A stretch of DNA of 32,000 nucleotides from NCBI RefSeq assembly GCF_014252415.1, contig NZ_CP059223.1, forward strand, positions 510,001 through 542,000, read 5' to 3'. Source of the DNA: Candidatus Saccharimonadota bacterium. Lineage in GTDB: Bacteria > Bacteroidota > Bacteroidia > Flavobacteriales > Blattabacteriaceae. Shown in pieces: positions 8,651-19,885 of the stretch. A program made the position numbers and the translations under genes. How positions within the stretch are numbered: position 1 is the first letter of the stretch; each line of letters starts with the position of its first letter. Below the pieces are notes generated by a model that saw nothing but the letters and a program-made list of their open reading frames with translations, ran no database searches and was not told the DNA's origin.

Positions 8651-9565
8651 ATGAAAAAATTATCTACATTTCCTTCAAAAATATTATTATTTGGAGAATA
8701 TGGGATATTAAAAAATTATACAGCGCTATCTATACCTAATTATGAATATAAGGGGTATTTAAATTTTTATTATAAATTAGATAAAAAAGTTATAGAATCT
8801 AATAATGAAATAAGAAAATTTTTTAATTTTCTAAAAATTAAAAAATTTAATATCATAAATCTAATAAAATTAGATAAAGATTTAAATCAAGGAATATATT
8901 TTCAATCAAATATACCAAAAAAATATGGGGTAGGAAGTTCTGGGGCACTGGTCGCAGCTATTTATGATAAATATGCAATATCTAAAATTTCCATTTGCAA
9001 TAAAAATTTGATTATATTGAAAAATATATTTAGTAATATGGAATCTTTTTTTCATGGAAAAAGTTCAGGTATTGATCCATTAATATGTTATACAAAAAAA
9101 CCAATATGGATACAATCTAAAAAACAGATATCTATAATAAAAATATTTAGTAATAAAAAAAAAGATAATGGAGGTATTTTTTTAATAAATTCTAGATTAC
9201 CCAGTGATACTAAAAAAATGAATAATATTTTTATGAAAAAAATAAGAAAAAATAATTTTAAAAAAATTATGAAAGAAGAATATGAAAAATATAATATTAA
9301 ATGTATTCATTATTTTCTTAATAAAGATTATAAAAATCTATTAAAAAATATAAAAAAATTATCCATTTGGATTTTTAAGAATATTCAACCAATGATACCT
9401 AAAAATATATTAAAAATATGGGTAAATGGAATAAAAAATGATAATTATTATTTAAAATTATGTGGATCTGGAGGAGGAGGTTTTTTTTTGGGATTTACTG
9501 AAAATTATAAAAAATTAAATAATGAATTAAATAACTATATTAAAAAAATAATTTTTCACTTTTAA
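8651..9565 (+). CDS. GHMP-family small-molecule kinase, mevalonate or phosphomevalonate kinase-like
   Basis: The 304-aa ORF has an N-terminal KILLFGEYGIL...ALSIP block. It has the GHMP ATP-binding motif PKKYGVGSSGALVAAIY and a C-terminal KLCGSGGGGFFLGF glycine-rich motif. Substrate specificity cannot be decided by eye. Confidence 0.65.
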   Translation: MKKLSTFPSKILLFGEYGILKNYTALSIPNYEYKGYLNFYYKLDKKVIESNNEIRKFFNFLKIKKFNIINLIKLDKDLNQGIYFQSNIPKKYGVGSSGALVAAIYDKYAISKISICNKNLIILKNIFSNMESFFHGKSSGIDPLICYTKKPIWIQSKKQISIIKIFSNKKKDNGGIFLINSRLPSDTKKMNNIFMKKIRKNNFKKIMKEEYEKYNIKCIHYFLNKDYKNLLKNIKKLSIWIFKNIQPMIPKNILKIWVNGIKNDNYYLKLCGSGGGGFFLGFTENYKKLNNELNNYIKKIIFHF

Positions 9566-9570
9566 AAAAA

Positions 9571-10293
9571 ATGTTTTCAAATAAAAAAATTAGATTAAAT
9601 CATTATTTATCTCAAGCAGGAGTTTCATCTAGAAGAGAAGCAGATAAATTGATCCAATCAGGATGTGTAAAAGTTAATGGTGATGTTGTATTAAAATTAG
9701 GTACTAATATAGATATAAATGACGTTGTTAAATTTAATGGACAAAAAATAAAAATACAAAATAAAATTTATTTATTAATTAACAAACCTAAGGGATTTAT
9801 TACTACAACAAAAGATCAATTTCGTAGAAAAACAGTTATGGATTTAATCCCAAATATTTTTATTAAAAAAAAATTATTTCCAGTAGGTCGATTAGATTCT
9901 AATACTACTGGAGTATTAATTATTACAAATGATGGAAATATTTCAGAAATATTAACTCATCCTAAATATCATATACAAAAAATTTATAACGTTACTTTAA
10001 ATAAAAAAATTGATAATCATGATATAAAAATGATTTTGAATGGAAAAATTTTTTTAAAAGAAGGAAGAGTAAAAGTAACATTTATAAGTAAAAAAAAAAA
10101 TAATAAAATTAAAATTGGATTATGTTTAGGATGGAATAGGATAATAAAAAGAATTTTTTATAAACTTAACTATAAAGTGATTGAATTAGAAAGAATATTT
10201 TTTGGAAAATTTTCTAATAAAAATATTAAAATAGGAAATTTTATAAAATTAGAAAATAATACAATGATAGATTATTTAAAATTAAAAAAATAA
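9571..10293 (+). CDS. rluB: RsuA/RluB-family rRNA pseudouridine synthase with an N-terminal S4 domain
   Basis: The 240-aa ORF has an S4 RNA-binding motif (RLNHYLSQAGVSSRREADKLIQSGCVKVNG). It also has the catalytic-Asp motif PVGRLDSNTTGVLIITNDG. Confidence 0.85.
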   Translation: MFSNKKIRLNHYLSQAGVSSRREADKLIQSGCVKVNGDVVLKLGTNIDINDVVKFNGQKIKIQNKIYLLINKPKGFITTTKDQFRRKTVMDLIPNIFIKKKLFPVGRLDSNTTGVLIITNDGNISEILTHPKYHIQKIYNVTLNKKIDNHDIKMILNGKIFLKEGRVKVTFISKKKNNKIKIGLCLGWNRIIKRIFYKLNYKVIELERIFFGKFSNKNIKIGNFIKLENNTMIDYLKLKK

Positions 10294-10320
10294 AATAATA
10301 ACTTTTAAAATTATTTTTTT

Positions 10321-10749
10321 ATGAAAAAAATTCATATAATTAATGGTCCAAACTTAAATTTAATAGGAATTAGAGAAAAAAATTTATATGGAAAAAAAAA
10401 TTTTTTAGATTATCTAAATTCATTAAGAAAAAAAAAACTTTTTTCTAATTTAAAAATTGATTATTATCAAAATAATTGTGAAGGAAAAATTATAGATTAT
10501 TTACATCTTATAGGATTTACATCCAATGGAATAATTTTAAATGCTGGGGCATATACTCATACTTCTATAGGAATTGCTGATGCAATTAAATCCATTACAA
10601 CCCCTGTTGTAGAAGTACATATATCCAATATTTATTCTAGAGAAGAATTTAGAAAAAAATCATATATAACTCATGTATGCAATGGCACTATTTTTGGTTT
10701 TGGACTAAAATCATATGAATTAGGAATTATTAGTTTTTTATTTTCATAA
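10321..10749 (+). CDS. aroQ: Type II 3-dehydroquinate dehydratase (shikimate pathway)
   Basis: The 142-aa ORF carries INGPNLNLIGIREKNLYG, NAGAYTHTSIGIADA and VEVHISNIYSREEFRKKS, all hallmarks of type II DHQase. Confidence 0.92.
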   Translation: MKKIHIINGPNLNLIGIREKNLYGKKNFLDYLNSLRKKKLFSNLKIDYYQNNCEGKIIDYLHLIGFTSNGIILNAGAYTHTSIGIADAIKSITTPVVEVHISNIYSREEFRKKSYITHVCNGTIFGFGLKSYELGIISFLFS

Positions 10750-11517
10750 AGAAAAATTTTTTTGATTAAAATGAAATTTAGATAACCATTTTTCTAAAAT
10801 TTTCAAAAATATTATAGGACATTCCATCATTGGTACGTGACCACATTTATCTATCCAATATAATTCAGAATTTGGTAATAATCTATGAAATGATATCGCA
10901 ACCTTAGGGGGTGTAATTTGATCTTGTTTTCCCCATATTATACAAACAGGTTGATATATTTTTGATAAATCTTTTGACATATTATATTTTATAGCACTTT
11001 TTGCTAAATATAATATTTTAATACCTCTTTTTTTATCATTAACAATATGAAAAATATCATCTACTAATTTTTTAGTGGCCATTTTAGGATCGTAAAAAAC
11101 TTCCTGAGATTTTTTTTTTATATATTCATAATTTTCCCTTTTTGGAAATGCGTCTCCAAAAGATCTTTCAAATAAACCTGAACTTCCTGTTAATACTAAA
11201 GAATGAACCAAATTTAGTTTAGTTTTTGCTATAATTAAAGCGATATGTCCTCCAAGAGAATTACCAACTAAAGTAGCATTTTTTATATGAATTTTTAATA
11301 AAAATTTTATTATATATTTAGACAAATCTAAAATATTAGTTAAGAATAAAGGCCTATTGTAAATAGGTAAATAAGGCATAATAACTTTATATCCTTTTTT
11401 TGGAAAAAAATCAAAAATTGATTTAAAATTGCTTAGTCCACCCATTAATCCATGAAGTAAAACTAAAGGATGACCTTCACCTTTTGTTACATGATTGATA
11501 TAATTTTTTTTATCCAT
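10744..11517 (-). CDS. Alpha/beta-fold hydrolase, substrate unknown
   Basis: The 257-aa ORF has the HG oxyanion motif (PLVLLHGLMGG), the nucleophile elbow GNSLGG, and a C-terminal catalytic His context (DKCGHVPMME). Its TGA stop overlaps the convergent aroQ stop region by 6 nt. Confidence 0.75.
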   Translation of the reverse strand: MDKKNYINHVTKGEGHPLVLLHGLMGGLSNFKSIFDFFPKKGYKVIMPYLPIYNRPLFLTNILDLSKYIIKFLLKIHIKNATLVGNSLGGHIALIIAKTKLNLVHSLVLTGSSGLFERSFGDAFPKRENYEYIKKKSQEVFYDPKMATKKLVDDIFHIVNDKKRGIKILYLAKSAIKYNMSKDLSKIYQPVCIIWGKQDQITPPKVAISFHRLLPNSELYWIDKCGHVPMMECPIIFLKILEKWLSKFHFNQKNFSL

Positions 11518-12260
11518 TAAACAATATTATTATTTTTTTTTTCTATATGTTTTTTATTAATAATATAATATGCATTTTTAGCAGCCATTTCTTCTGATTT
11601 TTTTTTTGAATAACCTCTTCCAATAGATTGAATATTACATTTATATATATCAAATATTGATAAAAAAATAACTTTATTATTTTTTTTATCTTTTTTTTCT
11701 AGAAAAGTATTGAAATTTATAAAAAATTTATTTTTTTGGCACCATTCCATAATCCATACTTTATAACTAGAAATTTCATTTTGTAATTTATTTATATCAA
11801 CTTCATATAATATTTTTTTATATATAAAGTTTTTACATCCTATAGATCCTGTTTCTAAATAGGTAAAACCTATTAATGCTTCAAGTATATTTCCTAAAAC
11901 ATTATTATTAACTAAATTATCTTTAGGAAAAAAGATCTTTTCTAAAGATAGTTTTTTAGAAATAACATTTAAATTTTTTCTACATACAATTTTGGAACGG
12001 ATCTTAGTCAGATCTCCCTCTTTTTTATTGGGTAAATTTTTATATAGAAAATGTGATATTATAGTATTTAAAATTGAATCTCCTAAAAACTCTAATCTTT
12101 GAAAATTAATAGAATAATATTTATTTATATTTCTTTTTTTAGTAGAAAAATTATATATGAACGCTTCTTTTAAAAGAAGAATATTTCTTTTTATTTTAAA
12201 CCCCAATATTTTATTTATTTGATCAATCACTGAATGAATTTTTATATAATTTTTATTCAT
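11517..12260 (-). CDS. rnc: Ribonuclease III
   Basis: The 247-aa ORF carries the RNase III signature QRLEFLGDSILN and a second acidic block (NILEALIGF). The C-terminal dsRBD-like segment ends ...SEEMAAKNAY. Its stop overlaps the start of the downstream hydrolase (TAATG). Confidence 0.9.
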   Translation of the reverse strand: MNKNYIKIHSVIDQINKILGFKIKRNILLLKEAFIYNFSTKKRNINKYYSINFQRLEFLGDSILNTIISHFLYKNLPNKKEGDLTKIRSKIVCRKNLNVISKKLSLEKIFFPKDNLVNNNVLGNILEALIGFTYLETGSIGCKNFIYKKILYEVDINKLQNEISSYKVWIMEWCQKNKFFINFNTFLEKKDKKNNKVIFLSIFDIYKCNIQSIGRGYSKKKSEEMAAKNAYYIINKKHIEKKNNNIV

Positions 12261-12297
12261 TGTATAATTTTCATAATAACATATTTATGAAATAAAA

Positions 12298-13554
12298 TTA
12301 ATTTTTTCTAAATAAAATACAAACATTATGCCCACCAAATCCAAAAGTATTAGACATACTAATTTTAATTTCTTTTTTAATAGATTTATTAGGAATAAAA
12401 TTTATTTTTTGATCTATATTTTTATCAATTTTAACTAGATTGATAGTTGGGGGAATTATTTTTTTTGTTAATGGCAATATGGAAGCAATAGATTCTATTG
12501 CTCCAGCAGCTCCTAATAAATGTCCAGTCATTGATTTTGTAGCATTAATATTAATATCATATAAATTATTTTTAAATACATTTTTTATAGCCTTAATCTC
12601 TGCAATATCTCCTAATTTTGTAGATGTTCCATGTGAATTAATGTGATTTACATCTACAGATTTAATATCTGCATCTTTTATTGCAGATTTCATTGCTAAA
12701 ATAACACCTTTTCCATCAGGATGTGGAGCTGTTACATGATATGCATCTCCTGACATTCCAATTCCTATTAATTCAGCATAAATATTAGCTCCTCTATTTA
12801 TAGCATGTGTATATTCTTCTAGAATTAGACATCCTGCACCTTCTCCAAGGACAAATCCATCTCTATTTTCATCAAATGGTCTTGATGCAGTTTTATAACT
12901 ATCATTTTTTGTAGATAACGCATTTAATGCATTAAATCCACCTACACCACTTTGTGTTATAGCAGCTTCTGATCCTCCTACTATCATTACATCAGCTTTA
13001 TTTAGACAAATTAAATGATAGGCATCTACAATAGCATTTGATGATGATGCACAAGATGAAACTGTTGCATAATTAGGCCCATGTAATCCATAATTTATTG
13101 ATATAAATCCAGCGGTGATATCTATAAGCATCTTAGGAATAAAAAATGGACTAAATCTAGGATAATAATTTTTATTAACATGACTAATTATTGAATTTTC
13201 TAAATTCAGTAATCCACCTATCCCAGATGCCCAAATTACTCCAATTCTTTCTTTTTTTTCATTTAAAAAATTTATTTCACTATTTTTTATAGCTTCTTCA
13301 GAAGCTATAAGACCATATTGAGCACATGGATCTAATTTTTTTATTTCTTTTCTAGAAAAAAAAACTTTAGGATCATAATTTTTTAATTCACAAGCAAACT
13401 TAGTTTTATATTTTTCGGTATCAAAATAAGTAATAGGAGCCGCTCCGCTTTTTCCATTAATTAATGATGTCCAATAATCTTTAACATTATTTCCTATTGG
13501 AGTGATAGCCCCTATTCCAGTGACTACTACTTTTTTTAATCTATATTTATACAT
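12298..13554 (-). CDS. fabF: 3-oxoacyl-ACP synthase II
   Basis: The 418-aa ORF has the active-site Cys context (ATVSSCASSSNAI). The two catalytic His are present (NSHGTSTKLGD; KSMTGHLLGAAGAIE), and the protein ends ...NTFGFGGHN. It lies directly downstream of acpP. Confidence 0.93.
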   Translation of the reverse strand: MYKYRLKKVVVTGIGAITPIGNNVKDYWTSLINGKSGAAPITYFDTEKYKTKFACELKNYDPKVFFSRKEIKKLDPCAQYGLIASEEAIKNSEINFLNEKKERIGVIWASGIGGLLNLENSIISHVNKNYYPRFSPFFIPKMLIDITAGFISINYGLHGPNYATVSSCASSSNAIVDAYHLICLNKADVMIVGGSEAAITQSGVGGFNALNALSTKNDSYKTASRPFDENRDGFVLGEGAGCLILEEYTHAINRGANIYAELIGIGMSGDAYHVTAPHPDGKGVILAMKSAIKDADIKSVDVNHINSHGTSTKLGDIAEIKAIKNVFKNNLYDININATKSMTGHLLGAAGAIESIASILPLTKKIIPPTINLVKIDKNIDQKINFIPNKSIKKEIKISMSNTFGFGGHNVCILFRKN

Positions 13555-13575
13555 AAAATCATAATGCTTAAAACA

Positions 13576-13824
13576 TTATATATTTTTATCTTTCAATAGA
13601 TTTTTTATAGCGCTTATAGCTTCCCCTACTGTTGTAATTTTTTCTGCTATTTCATCAGAAATACTAATTTCAAATTCTTTTTCAAATTCCATAATAAGTT
13701 CAACTATATCTAATGAATCTGCACCTAAATCATTAGTAAAACTAGAATTAGGACGAATATTTAACTCTTCTACACTTAGTTTATCTACAATTATAGAATG
13801 AACTCTAGATACAATATCAGACAT
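13576..13824 (-). CDS. acpP: Acyl carrier protein
   Basis: The 82-aa acidic protein has the phosphopantetheine attachment motif [16 protein letters not shown]. Confidence 0.95.
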   Translation of the reverse strand: MSDIVSRVHSIIVDKLSVEELNIRPNSSFTNDLGADSLDIVELIMEFEKEFEISISDEIAEKITTVGEAISAIKNLLKDKNI

Positions 13825-14489
13825 AATATATTTTTTTAATTTTGTAAAATTAGTAAACTTTTGGAAATCATAATATAAATTTAATTCTTTATATCATAAT
13901 TTTTAATTCAATAAAATAAATCATTTTTATCTAAAAAATTTTTTATATATTTTCTAATGAAATCAAAACTTTTATATTAACTATATTTCAAACACATATA
14001 CATATATTTTCATAACTAATCTATAGTCAAACTTATACCATTAACAGTTATAAAAAACTTTTTTTTTACATTAAAAAAACAACTAACTTCCATTAAGCTT
14101 AGGTATGTTTATAACACTTGCTATCGCATTTACATATTATTGAACTAAGAGATCCTTCTATATATACTATTTTTTAACAAAAAAACTTCTTTATAAATTT
14201 AACAAAAATTATTACTTTTTAATGAATCTATAATTGGTAAATTATATGTTTTCTTCATAAACCATAAATAAATAATTATCATGATATAAATTATATAGTT
14301 AAACATATATAATTTTCATAAATATTAATTTCATTATTATGGATTACAAAAATTCTATAAATAATCTTTTTTTAATATAATTTATGTACTCTTACTATAT
14401 ATATTTATTTCATTAAATATTTTAAAATAAATTTCTTAAGTAAAAAATTAATCATAATATAAAATTACTATTATTTAATTTATATTAAA

Positions 14490-14722
14490 TTATAAAAGAA
14501 TAATAATAAAATTTTTGTTTACTTTTAAAATTCCTTTTTCTATATTTAGATTTTTTTTAATTTTTTTTTTATTTTTAAATTTTAAATTTCCTTTTTTCAG
14601 GATAGAAATAAATGAAGTATGATTTTCCAGAATTTGAAAATAACCGTTTAATCCTGGAGCTTTTAAATAAAAAACATCTTCTTCATATAAAATTTTATCA
14701 GAATTTATAATTTTTAATTTCA

Positions 14723-14723
<1 letters not shown>
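14490..14723 (-). CDS. atpC: F1 ATP synthase epsilon subunit, short form with the beta-sandwich domain only
   Basis: The 77-aa ORF is translationally coupled to atpD through a TAATG overlap at 14721-14725. Its N-terminal pattern (KLKIINSDKILYEEDVFYLKAPGLNGYFQILENHTSFISIL) matches the epsilon N-domain. There is no C-terminal helical hairpin. Confidence 0.8.
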
Positions 14724-16222
<1,499 letters not shown>

Positions 16223-16271
16223 TTATACATTATTTACAATTTTAATTGAATATAATCATTATTTCTATCTT

Positions 16272-16279
16272 TATATTTG
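16272..16279 (+). promoter_or_regulatory. Candidate -7 box (TAnnTTTG) for ribF
   Basis: TATATTTG lies 24 nt upstream of the TTG start at 16303. A TTG at 16246-16248 is about 23 nt upstream of the box. Confidence 0.3.
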
Positions 16280-16302
16280 TATTTAAAGAAAAATAAAAAA
16301 TT

Positions 16303-17241
16303 TTGAAAATTTATTCGTTTCTCGATGAATTTTATTCTTCTATTCCATGTATTTTAACTATTGGAATTTTTGATGGAGTTCATTTGGGGCATAAAAAAAT
16401 AATTCAAAATTTAGTATTTGAATCTAGAAAAAAATTTTCTTCAGTTTTAATTACATTTAATCCACATCCTAAAGAGATACTTACTTCAAAAAGTAAGTTT
16501 TATTATCTTAATACTATAAGAGAAAAAATATTTTTTTTAAAAAAAAATGGGGTAGAAAATTTAATTATCCACCCGTTTACCAAAAAATTTTCAAAATTAA
16601 AAATGAAAGATTTTTTTTACTTATTTTTAAATACTAAATTTTGTATAAAAAAAATTATTATAGGATATGATTTTCATATAGGAAGTGATAGAAATCAATC
16701 TTTAAAAAGATTAAAAAATTTATCAGAAATTTTTCATTTTAAATTTGAAATAATATCTCCTTATAAAATGGATAATGAAATTATTAGTTCAACTAAAATA
16801 AAAAATTCTATTATTATAGGAAATATAGAATGGGCTAATAAAGCGTTAGGATATTTTTATACATTATCTGGATATATTATAAAAGGTAAAGGAATAGGTA
16901 AGATTATCGATTTTCCAACATCTAATATAACAATTGATCCAAAAAAATTAATCCCAAAAAAAGGAGTTTATGCAGTAAAAATTCGTTATAAAAATAATTA
17001 TTATGATGGTATGATGAATATTGGAACTAATCCTACTATTGATTATAATAATCAAATTAAAATAGAAACAAATATATTTAATTTTTCAAAAAATATTTAT
17101 GGAGAAAAAATTGATATTTTAATTATTAAAATGATCCGTGAAGAAATTAAATTTTCTTCAATAGAAGAATTAAAAATTCAAATTATAAAAGATAAAAAAG
17201 TTATTGTAAAATTTTTTAAAAAAATTTTTCAAAACTTATAG
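16303..17241 (+). CDS. ribF: Bifunctional riboflavin kinase / FAD synthetase
   Basis: The 312-aa ORF has an N-terminal FAD-synthetase nucleotidyltransferase motif (TIGIFDGVHLGHKKII). The C-terminal riboflavin-kinase block is GKGIGKIIDFPTSNI...GVYAV...MNIGTNPT. It uses a TTG start. Confidence 0.9.
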   Translation: MKIYSFLDEFYSSIPCILTIGIFDGVHLGHKKIIQNLVFESRKKFSSVLITFNPHPKEILTSKSKFYYLNTIREKIFFLKKNGVENLIIHPFTKKFSKLKMKDFFYLFLNTKFCIKKIIIGYDFHIGSDRNQSLKRLKNLSEIFHFKFEIISPYKMDNEIISSTKIKNSIIIGNIEWANKALGYFYTLSGYIIKGKGIGKIIDFPTSNITIDPKKLIPKKGVYAVKIRYKNNYYDGMMNIGTNPTIDYNNQIKIETNIFNFSKNIYGEKIDILIIKMIREEIKFSSIEELKIQIIKDKKVIVKFFKKIFQNL

Positions 17242-17245
17242 AAAT

Positions 17246-19885
17246 ATGAATAAAACTAATTTATCTAAAATATTTAGATTATGTGTAAAAAAAATTAGTT
17301 GTAATAAAAAATGTATTTTTTTATTACAAGATTATTATTTTTTAAATATTATTTCAAAAAAAAAAAATGATTTAGATAAAAAATTTATCATAGAAAATTC
17401 AAAATTTTTTACAATCAAACAATTTATAGAATTTTCTTCTGGATTAAAAAGTATAAATCAAAATGATATATTATTAAATTTTTTTTCTATTATAGAAAAA
17501 AAAGATAAAAAATATTTTAAAAGATTTACGGAATGGATACCAGGTATATTAAATAATTTTCAAAATATAGATATAAACCTGGTTGATATAAAAAATTTTT
17601 TTCAATCTGTTATTACAGAAGAATTGATAAAAAATTATTATGAAATTTCTAAAAAAAAAAAATCAATTTTTTTAAAAAAAATTCAAAAATATTATTTTGA
17701 ATTTAAATCATTTTTATTAAAAAAAAATATTACTTATAACGGATTATTATTAAAAAAAAGTATTCAGAATATTGATATAATATTTCCAAAAAAATTTAGT
17801 AAAATTATTTTTCTTAATAAAAAAAATTCAATTTTAAATACATGGGAAGAAAATTTTATAGAAAAAATTAATTCTAATAAAAAAATAATTTTTTATCAAA
17901 TTCCAAATCAAAAATTAATATCTAAAACTTTTAAAATCAATAAAAATAAATATTTTAAAAATTTAAAAATTATTAATGTTAACAATGAAATAGAACAAGT
18001 TAAAATAATAGAAAAAATAATAGAAAAATTTTCAAACAATAAGTGTATAAAAAAAATTTTACTAATATTAGGAGATAATCATTTATTAATTCCTATTATT
18101 AATTTAACAAATAATAAAAAAATAAATATATCATTTAATATAAATTATCCATTTAAAATTATCCCTATTCATTATACTTTTATTTCCATATTTAATTTTT
18201 TACTGAATAAAAATAAATTATTTAATAAAAAATTTGTAAAAAATGATATAATTAAATTTTTATCAAATGGATACATTCAAAAATTTTTTTCAAAAACAAA
18301 ATTTTTATTAAATAAGTTGAATAAAAAATATCATACTCACTACATATCATTTAATTTAATAAAAAAATTTTTGATAAAAACTGATATCGAAATAATATTT
18401 CAAATAAATACAAATAAAATTTACTCTATTTTAAATGGTCTCCTAAGTTTTATAAGAAAATTAAAAAATTTTCTTATAAAAAACTATAAAAAACATTTTA
18501 TAGAATTAAAATTTATTTCTAAGATAGAGTATTATATACAAAAATTAAAAATTATATCCAGAAAAAAAACGTATTTATTTGATGGAATTAGAGATATATA
18601 TAATATATATAATCAATTTGTAAATACAGAAAATATTAATTTTATTTATAATAAAATTTGTAAAAACTCTAATCAATATTTATTTATCAATGAATTTAAG
18701 GAATTAAAAAATTTTTTCGTAAAAAAATTTGATATTTCAATAATAACATCATTAAATGATGGAATCATTCCACCTAAAAAAAATATTGATTTATGGTCAA
18801 ATAATCAATTAATAAATAATGAAAAATATTTTTTTTCATTTTTTAACAAAATATATACATCTTCTAAAAGAACATATGCGATATATAAAAGTAATCCTGA
18901 TGAAATTAATTCAGGAGAAAAAAGTAATTTTCTTCGTCATATCATATATAAATTTAATACAAAAGTAAAAAAATATAATTTACCTTTTGCTCCCAATCAA
19001 AATGTAATAAATCCTATTTCAATAGAAAAAACAAATCTAATTAATAAAAGATTACACGAAATTTGTATGAATGGAATATCTCCTTCTTCTATACATTTAT
19101 ATAATTACGATCCTATATTATTTTATTATAATAAAATACTTAAAATTGAAAATTTTAAATCAAATTCTTATAAAACAAATATTGGAAATATTGTACATGG
19201 TATATTAAAAACATTATATATTTCTGAGATAGAAAGTTTTTTAACTTTAAAAAAAATTAAAAAAATAAAAGGAATTATCAATAATAAAATTATTGATTTT
19301 TTTTATAATAAAAAAAATATTTTTTCTTTTGAAGAAACATCAAAAATTACTATGTTTTTAATAGAGGATTATATAAAAAAATTTATTTTATTAGACGAAA
19401 AATTAATTAAAAAAGGAAATAAAATATTTATAAATAAAATAGAACAAAAATTTTCCACTTGTTTAAATATAAAAAAATCAAGAAATATTATATTACATGG
19501 AATAATAGACCGTGTAGATCAATATAATGGAATTAATAGAATTATTGATTATAAAATAGGAAAATTTCATTTAAAAGAAATAAATATATCAAATTATAAT
19601 ATTAAAAAAATTTTTGAACATCCTAAATATCATAATATAATGCAATTAATCTTTTATATTTACCTATGGTTTAAATATGATATAAAAAATCAAAAATCCC
19701 CGGTTGCGATTACAATTATATCTCCAAATAAAAATAATATAATATCAAAAATATTAATAAATTTTTTTGATGAAAAAAAACCATATATAATGTATAAAGA
19801 TTATATAAAAAATTTTTTACCATTTCTTACTAAAAGAATAAAAAATATATTAGATGTAAAAAAATCCATAAAAGAAAATATCTAA
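17246..19885 (+). CDS. Large PD-(D/E)XK (RecB-family) nuclease-domain protein, AddB-like, with no recognisable P-loop
   Basis: The C-terminal ~230 aa of this 879-aa ORF carry the ordered RecB-nuclease motifs: GNIVHGILK, HGIIDRVD, RIIDYKIGK (D-x-K) and MQLIFYIYL (QxxxY). The N-terminal ~600 aa are Lys/Ile/Asn-rich. By eye they contain no GxxxxGK[ST] motif and no Cys cluster. Confidence 0.6.
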   Translation: MNKTNLSKIFRLCVKKISCNKKCIFLLQDYYFLNIISKKKNDLDKKFIIENSKFFTIKQFIEFSSGLKSINQNDILLNFFSIIEKKDKKYFKRFTEWIPGILNNFQNIDINLVDIKNFFQSVITEELIKNYYEISKKKKSIFLKKIQKYYFEFKSFLLKKNITYNGLLLKKSIQNIDIIFPKKFSKIIFLNKKNSILNTWEENFIEKINSNKKIIFYQIPNQKLISKTFKINKNKYFKNLKIINVNNEIEQVKIIEKIIEKFSNNKCIKKILLILGDNHLLIPIINLTNNKKINISFNINYPFKIIPIHYTFISIFNFLLNKNKLFNKKFVKNDIIKFLSNGYIQKFFSKTKFLLNKLNKKYHTHYISFNLIKKFLIKTDIEIIFQINTNKIYSILNGLLSFIRKLKNFLIKNYKKHFIELKFISKIEYYIQKLKIISRKKTYLFDGIRDIYNIYNQFVNTENINFIYNKICKNSNQYLFINEFKELKNFFVKKFDISIITSLNDGIIPPKKNIDLWSNNQLINNEKYFFSFFNKIYTSSKRTYAIYKSNPDEINSGEKSNFLRHIIYKFNTKVKKYNLPFAPNQNVINPISIEKTNLINKRLHEICMNGISPSSIHLYNYDPILFYYNKILKIENFKSNSYKTNIGNIVHGILKTLYISEIESFLTLKKIKKIKGIINNKIIDFFYNKKNIFSFEETSKITMFLIEDYIKKFILLDEKLIKKGNKIFINKIEQKFSTCLNIKKSRNIILHGIIDRVDQYNGINRIIDYKIGKFHLKEINISNYNIKKIFEHPKYHNIMQLIFYIYLWFKYDIKNQKSPVAITIISPNKNNIISKILINFFDEKKPYIMYKDYIKNFLPFLTKRIKNILDVKKSIKENI

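Noticed and set aside
12440-12646. Plus-strand 68-aa ORF
   Set aside because: It is antisense shadow within fabF.
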